Of a stretch of DNA of 64,000 nucleotides, positions 57,540-64,000 are shown one piece after another. The position numbers and the translations under genes were made by a program. Source of the stretch: Callorhinchus milii (Eukaryota); assembly GCF_018977255.1 (NCBI RefSeq), contig NW_024704744.1, positions 496,001-560,000 of the forward strand, given 5' to 3'. Under the pieces are notes generated by a model. That model worked only from the letters and a program-made list of their open reading frames with translations. It ran no database searches and was not told the DNA's origin. How positions within the stretch are numbered: position 1 is the stretch's first letter; each line of letters opens with the position of its first letter.

Positions 57540-58467
57540 GTACTTTGTTCCATCCCCATTCTCTCCCCCACACCCACTACGCGTCCCCCCCACTCTCTCT
57601 GCACCCTCACTCTTTCCCCTCTGACATTTACTTCATCGCTGTTGATATATTGCCTAAATGAGATGTCTCATTTGCCTCTAAGATGTGCAGTCTGTTATCG
57701 GGTGGAGTCCTGTAGCACAGTGGGTAGAGTACTCGCTTCGCATGTGAAAGGACTTGGGTTTGATTCCCAGACACGGCCAAATGTTGGGCAATTTCATTGC
57801 TCCACATGCCTCTCTTTACCTCGCAGTAAGCAGGAACTCATGTGTTAGTCGATTGGCGGATAGTTTCCCAAGGGTAATAATCCCTTCAAAAAATAAATAA
57901 ATAGAAAAATAAAAAATAATATTAATCATTTGGTCACTGAAACAATGATTGTTTGTGGGACACAGCTTTATGTAATTGGCTACCGCATTTTGCCAACAAA
58001 ATATCATCAAATCAATTTACAGTATACTCTGTGAAGCACTTTGAGATGTCTCAACAAAGTGATACGCATTATATCAAATGCAAGGATTATTATTGTTGTT
58101 TATCAGTATTCAGCACAATAACTGGGCACGTGAGAGATGGCCTCTCACCCCAGACCCCATGTTCTCATCAGTGAATCAGAGAAGCTGGGTTTGTGAAGTT
58201 GGACGTCTGGGTTTGAGTGCTGGATACAGCTGAACCCCAGCATTGAAATGGGGATCCAAATCCCAACAGAGGGCCTGAACCCACAACCTTCTGTTGTATT
58301 TGCTAACAAAGAACACAATAGACAGCTGATGAGACTCAGGGTGAATTGCATTATAATAACCCCAGGTTCGCACAATGCAAAGTAAATGCAAATAGATGTA
58401 GGTACTTTGCAGTCTTCATGTAGCGCAGTAACTGTGCCACGTACACAGCATAGTGATGAACTGCACA

Positions 58468-58567
58468 ATGAGTAGATTGGAAGGTTCCTCCGTCACAGAA
58501 GAATCAACCGGTGTTTTCAATGGAGATGAACGGCGTTCAATCCTCTCAACTGACAAATCTACCAAAA
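58468..58567 (+). CDS. SLC17/sialin-like transporter, first coding exon
   Basis: MSRLEGSSVTEESTGVFNGDERRSILSTDKSTK, phase-1 donor A|GTGAGT at 58568, compatible with the exon at 61963. ERRSIL resembles a [DE]xxxL[LI] dileucine signal. An in-frame ATG also lies at 58456. Confidence 0.65.
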
Positions 58568-60033
58568 GTGAGTTTTTATGCACATCATGTTACTGGGTGT
58601 CCGCGTTGCTAATTGGTGGTATTACTTAATGACGGATCCTGTTCAGATTTCCATCCAACTCAGCTCCTGCAGGAGATCACACTGAAGTGGCAGTCTGGCT
58701 ATACAGATTTCAACTCCAAAGAGGCTATTTGACCACTGTGGTTATGCCGGACACACACTCCAGACTGGAGTACTTTTCCCATTTCTCTGGTCTTGGCCAA
58801 TTAATCCATCACAGTAACTCCGAAGTCTAATCCCATTTGCTAATATCATTTCACTGAGATGCTAAACCTTTGTGAAGGGTATTATATAAATGCAAGTCCT
58901 TATTGTTGGAACATTTATTTTACCAACTTCTGTCATGCATTCATTTATGTCATTCACTTTTAAATGTTTTCATTGACTCAACTTTAACAGCCACTGTGGG
59001 TAAAATATACAAACAAAGCTCTGTGGAAAATAACCTCATCTCATCTGCCCAGTAGATGTGTATTCTTCTTACATATTTTAACAATAATCTTAAGTTTATC
59101 TATTGGGTCTCACAAGTTGTGTGCCATGTTATGAGACGAAGAGCAGTATTGTACCAGTCAAACTAGCCTTTCAGAAGGATATTGCAGCGATTCAGAGGAT
59201 TCAGAGGAGGGCAACCAAATTGATTGAGGGGTTAGAGGTTCTACATTATGAAGAGCAATGAGATAAACTGGACATGTGCACACTGGAGCAGGTTGAGCGG
59301 CAATGTGATTACTGTATTTACAATTCTGAAGGGAATAGATACTGTAAACCATGACAAGCTGTTTTGTCTTGTACTGAACAGTAGAATCAGAGGACACGTA
59401 TTATGACTGAAGTGGGGGCAATTCAGAACACATCCGTGGCAACAACTTCAGTGAGAGAGCAGTCAACTTATCGACAAGGCTCCCGAGGGAGACAGTGGAA
59501 GCAGAAAATGTCATTTGTGTCAAGAACAAATTGGATAGATTTCTGCGAGAAAATAACATTTCGGGATTCGATGTACAGTTCGGGACACGACATGAGAAGC
59601 GACAACCAGGATAGTGTAGGGCGAACTAGATTGACCTTGGTCTTTTCTTGCCCAGCAAATTCTTATTTTATTATGTTACTGAACTAAACTTATCGACTCA
59701 GAAATAATGTTAAATGTGGTTTAAAATGCGCTATTTGATACAAACATTCACAAAGAATGTACATCGTGGAAACATATCATCGCCCCAATCAGTTCAAGAT
59801 GGTGTTCCTACTCCACATGTACCGTCAGCCATTCCTTTGCTCCCTCCTGTAACCATATATTCCCCTCTCCCTCATGTGAAGGTGTATCTTCCTCTTGAAA
59901 GCATCTCCACTATCTGATTCAACAACCATTGCAGGCAGCAAGTTCCACAATCTCACTATCCTCTGCATGAAGTAGTTCCTCTGAAAATTCCTTTCAGGTA
60001 CTTTTGAACATCCCATTTTCACCCGTTCCTCAG

Positions 60034-60119
60034 GAGGTATGGGTTTGTCTCCCCCTTACTATCGTGTTCCTGGTTTGGTTTGTCATTGATATTATTATCG
60101 TAGGGAACAGGACAAACCG
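60034..60119 (+). other. Hydrophobic 86-nt exon-like segment, copy 2
   Basis: cccgttcctcAG|EVWVCLPLTIVFLVWFVIDIIIVGNRTN(R)|GTACTT; phase 0-2. Confidence 0.45.
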
Positions 60120-60203
60120 GTACTTTGTTTTATCCCCAGTCCTTCTCTCTCTGTCTCTCTCTCTGTCTCTCTTGCTCTCTCTTTCTCTCTCACTCTCCCC
60201 AAG

Positions 60204-60255
60204 GAGAGCACATACCCAATTTGAAACCGTTGCTGTAAAAGATTCCAATTTTGAG
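60204..60255 (+). other. Small exon candidate in phase with 60034-60119
   Basis: Long CT tract then ccccaAG|(R)RAHTQFETVAVKDSNFE|GTAAAT; phase 2-0. Confidence 0.45.
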
Positions 60256-60474
60256 GTAAATAATTTGTATCGCAATTCTGTATTTATTTTTGAAACCTAC
60301 TGTTGTCTCTGTCAGAACAATTTCAGAAAATGATGGCAGTGTAATGAAATAATTCCATTTTTATGCAACAAACTTACATTTTAATAGATCTCTATCATAC
60401 AACAACAACAACTTGGATTTATATAGTGCCCTCCACGCCGGACGGTGTCTCAGAGCTTCACAGTAACGGATCCC

Positions 60475-61010
60475 GGGGCCGAAGCCAGGGGAGGGGGAGG
60501 AGCCAGGGGGAGGAGCCAGGGGAGGGGGAGGAGTCATGGGGAGGAGCCAGGGGAGTGGGAGGAGTCAGGGGAGGGGGCGGAGCAAGGGAGAGGAGCCAGG
60601 GGAGGGGAAGGAGCCAGGGGAGGGGAGGGGCTGGGGAGGGGGGGAGCCAGCGGGAGGAGCCAGGAGCAGGGGGAGGAACCAGGGGGAGGGGGGAGCCAGG
60701 GGAGGGGGTGGAGCTAGGGGGAGGGGGGAAGCCAGGGGAGGGGTGGAGCTAGGGGGAGGGGGGAAGCCAGGGGGAGAGCCAGGGGAGTGGGGGAGCCAGG
60801 GGAGGGGGCGGAGTTGGGGGAGGGGGGAAGCCAGGGGGAGAGCCAGGGGGAGGGGGGGAGCCAGGGGGAGGGGGTGGAGCTAGGGGGAGGGGCTTGGGAG
60901 GGGGAGAGCCAGCGGGAGGGGAGGAGCCAAGGGAGGTGGAGGAGCCAAGGGGACGAAGAGGAGCCAGGGGAGGGGGAAGGGGAGGACCCAGGGGTGGGGG
61001 GTGGGGGGGA
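60475..61010 (+). repeat. G-rich irregular tandem repeat (ggggaggagcca-like) inside an L2-type 3' UTR (about 60400-61200, minus)
   Basis: Many G4-6 runs; flanked by an L2 tail (acaacaacaacttggatttatatag) and RAFSHYAPRLWKSLP on minus. Confidence 0.85.
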
Positions 61011-61962
61011 AGGTGACCAAAGGTGCGGTCAAAAAAAAGGTCTTCGGTAGAGACCTGAAAATTGGAAGAGAGGGAGTGAGACGTAAGGAGTGAGGAAGAG
61101 ATTTCCAGAGCCTCGGGGCGTAGTGGCTAAAGGCACGGACCAGGGTTTCGGCGTCGGAGGTGGAAGAAACATGTTGAAGCATCTCACAGCCCCGTATGTT
61201 TGAGCTCATAGTTTTGACTGACACTCACAATCCAGTGCTGGAGGACTGCTGCGTTGCCAGAGTTGCAAATGTTTGAACGTGGCATTAACTGAGATCCCAT
61301 CTGCCTGTTCAGGGAGACTTTTATTTCACTATTCAAAATAAGTAACCTGTTTTCCCGCTGTGTTGGCCAGAAACCCCTCAAATAAAATTGGTCATTCTCT
61401 TCATACCCGCTTGTGATACAATACCTAAATTAAGTCAGATTTTCCTCTGATATGCACAGTCACTACATGTTATAGTAAATTCCTGTAAGAGCTTTGGAAT
61501 GACCTCCTGAAAGCTACTACATCAGATTCACTCCAAAGGTTGTGGGTTCTTTGAGCTCACAATCCAGACCTGACGCTCTATTGCAGGGCTGAGGGTGTGC
61601 TCCATTGCCGGAGGAGCCCGGTCATGGATTAGACTTTGTACCAAATTTCTATCAGAAGGGACCTTCCCCCAGTGTATAGGCCAATGATCCGCAGATGAAG
61701 TTGATGGTTCACTTCCTGGCCTCTGCACTCAACTATAAAATATAGACCCTACACTTTACACTAAACTCCAATGAAGCACTTGGTGATGTTTTGATGATAA
61801 GGAGCTATACCAAATACAGAGGTTTATTATCTAAACTTTAAAATGAGTGAGAAAATGAACTACATTTATCAAACACTGTGCAGATAGGATACGTTACCCA
61901 TTTGACTAATCGTGTTGTTGTGGTTGTTGTTACCCATTTGAATTATTTCTCTCTGATGCCAG

Positions 61963-62153
61963 TTTGCTGTTCGGTGCGATGCACATTAGCAATCATGACC
62001 TTACTGCAGATAACATTGGTGTACATGTTACGTGTGGAGGTCAGTGTTGCCATCGTGGAAATGATGAATGATAGCACAGCCATATCGGAGATTGAGGATG
62101 TCACCGGCTGGCCAGCACTTTCCAACTCTACCCTCAAACATGATATCAAGAAG
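61963..62153 (+). CDS. SLC17/sialin-like anion transporter, coding exon 2 (TM1 and lumenal loop); the gene continues beyond the window
   Basis: ctctctgatgccAG|(I)CCSVRCTLAIMTLLQITLVYMLRVEVSVAIVEMMNDSTAISEIEDVTGWPALSNSTLKHDIKK|GTAAGT; phase 1-0. Resembles sialin CCSARYNLAIL...VYALRVNLSVALVDM as recalled, with N-glycosylation sequons NDS and NST. Confidence 0.85.
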
Positions 62154-62188
62154 GTAAGTGACCTCTCAGTTAATCACATACACCGTTA

Positions 62189-62510
62189 GTGGAGTCCTGT
62201 AACTCAGTGGTTAAAGCACTCGCTTTGCAAGTGAGTGACCTGAGTTCAATTCCAGGCAGAGGGCGAAACCTTGAACAAGTTTCCTTACCCCACACACCTA
62301 ATAATAATCCCTCCAAAAAAAAAACAATAATTAAATTGGTCATTTTCAATCTATGACTGTTTGTGGGACATTGCTGTGCGCAATTGGCTGCCGCGTTCGC
62401 CCACAAATATACAGTCAATTCACTTTACAGTGTGTTCTGTGAAGAGCTTTGGGACGTCGAGAAGACGTGAAAAGCGCTATATCAAATGCAAGGATTATTA
62501 TTATTATTAT
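62189..62510 (+). mobile_element. Full-length tRNA(Ala-like)-derived SINE
   Basis: gtggagtcctgtaactcagtggttaaagcactcgctttgcaagtgagtgacctgagttcaattccaggc...gtgaaaagcgctatatcaaatgcaagga(tta)n. Confidence 0.92.
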
Positions 62511-63199
62511 AAACTATTTATGGGGCCTGGAGACTAAAGACTAATGTCTTAGAATTTAAGATCATACAGAGTATGTTGAAAACATACACTTGGGTTTTTC
62601 TAGATAATAAATATTATCTGAAACGTCATCAAGATAATGACATAGGGGATTCCGAGCCTCTGGTGGGTGCGTTGGGTCTGTCAATAGCTCTCTCATCTCT
62701 GAGTCAGAGGCCTGTGGGTTGAAGCCTCAATTCATGACTTTCAACTGACGGTCCATCCTGAAACTCCAGGGCAGTGCTGAGGATGTGCTGCAATGTTGGA
62801 GGTTCCGGCTTTCAGATGAGATTTTAAACTGGGGCCCTGTTTGCCTGTTCAGGTGGATGGTAAAGTTCCCATTGGGGCTGATCAATAAGAGTTTGTCTCT
62901 CCCAGTATCCTGGCCAACATTCACCCAAATAAAACCAGTCACTCATATCATGTCTGCTTGTGAGTCTTTGCTGTTCACAAATTGGCTGCCATGTTCATCT
63001 ACAAACATCTTGTCCCTGTACTTCATAGTAGTTAAAACATCCTGTGAATTGTTTGGAGACATCAATGCTTTATCAAATACAAGGATTATAGTTCAAGTGT
63101 CCAAGTGTCTTGAAGACATGTGGTTGTTGTTGTTGTTGTTGTTCGCTATATCGAAAATGCAAGGATTATTATATACGTCCATTCAGCAAGTTTATCAAT

Positions 63200-64000
63200 G
63201 TCTTGCTGTAATTTGTTGCCGTCCTCCTCTGATTTAACCATTCCTCCCAATTTGGTGTCATCTGCAGATTTTGAAATTGTACTGCTGATTCCTGAGTCCA
63301 AACCATTAATGTCTATTGTGAACAACAGTGCTCCCAATACCGATCCTTGTGGAAGACCACTGCCGACCCTCTGCCAGTCTGAGTAGCCAGCATTCACCTC
63401 TAATCTCTGTTTTCTGTCTTGTAGCCAGCTTGCTGTCCATTCTGCTATTTTCCCCCCATCTCCACATGCTCTGACCTGACTCAACACCAACAACAACAAC
63501 AACAAGATTACATTTGGATAGCACCTTTGATGTTGTGAGGATGTCCCAAGGCACTGGACAGTGCACAGCATGTCAGACCCGAGCTGGGGTCTGGGAGGGA
63601 GAAGGGAGGGGATAGGAAGGGGGGTAACCGATGGTATGGTCGAAGTGGAGGATTTTGAGGCGGGAAGGGGTCTAAGGAGGGGGCGAGACGGAGTGATTGG
63701 GGGATGGAATTCCAGAGGTTGGTGGGTCGGGGGACGCGGAGCAGACCAGAGCTGGCTGAGCGGAGGGAACGGGCGGATTGGTAGGAGGTTAGGAGGTCGC
63801 AGAGGTTGGGTGGGGCGAGGCCATGGAGAGCTTTATATGTGAGGACCGGAACTTGAACTGGATCCTCTGAAGGATAGGGAGCCAGTGTAGTCGGGCGAGA
63901 GTGGGGGAGATGGGGTCACGGAGTTTGGTGCGGGAGAGGACATGGGCTGCAGAGTTCTGGATTATCTGTAGCTGTGGAGGGAGGAATTGGGAAGGCCGAT
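63200..64000 (-). mobile_element. CR1 RT fragment (63200-63470) followed by an L2 3' end (63490-64000)
   Basis: [45 protein letters not shown]; L2 tail aacaacaacaagattacatttggatagcacc. Confidence 0.88.

Noticed and set aside
60363-61050. Collagen-like or Gly/Glu-rich ORFs
   Set aside because: They come from a G-rich tandem repeat inside an L2 3' UTR and have no Gly-X-Y regularity or splice support.
62189-62262. Apparent tRNA-Ala(TGC)-like genes here and near 24762, 32400, 42470, 45747, 55300 and 57702
   Set aside because: The acceptor stems do not close, and each runs directly into SINE body and tail sequence.

Overview
This is eukaryotic, intron-rich and repeat-dense vertebrate DNA, not prokaryotic. 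The L2/CR1 LINE and tRNA-/Deu-type SINE content suggests a cartilaginous fish (inference). I reconstructed genes by hand from splice signals, exon phases and recognisable protein motifs. From left to right: (1) a germline-joined V-J single-Ig-domain membrane receptor (V, TM and two cytoplasmic exons, 246-4807) whose ITIM/ITSM tail is disrupted by stops; (2) an intronless, disabled PARP10-like catalytic-domain copy (minus strand, 12290-12642) beside a palindromic 24-bp tandem array; (3) a 159-aa coiled-coil ORF I do not recognise, in a single coding exon (19109-19588) with a probable non-coding first exon ending at 13123; (4) a nearly complete ZNF395-like C2H2/C-clamp transcription factor (32589-44990, 454 aa from 8 in-phase exons), with a phase-discordant extra exon and a possible C-clamp-less alternative 3' end; (5) the first two coding exons of an SLC17/sialin-like transporter (58468-62153), interleaved with a duplicated 86-nt hydrophobic exon-like pair. 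Most remaining sequence and most listed ORFs are L2, CR1, SINE or tandem-repeat derived. No database searches were run; family assignments rest on motifs recognised from memory.
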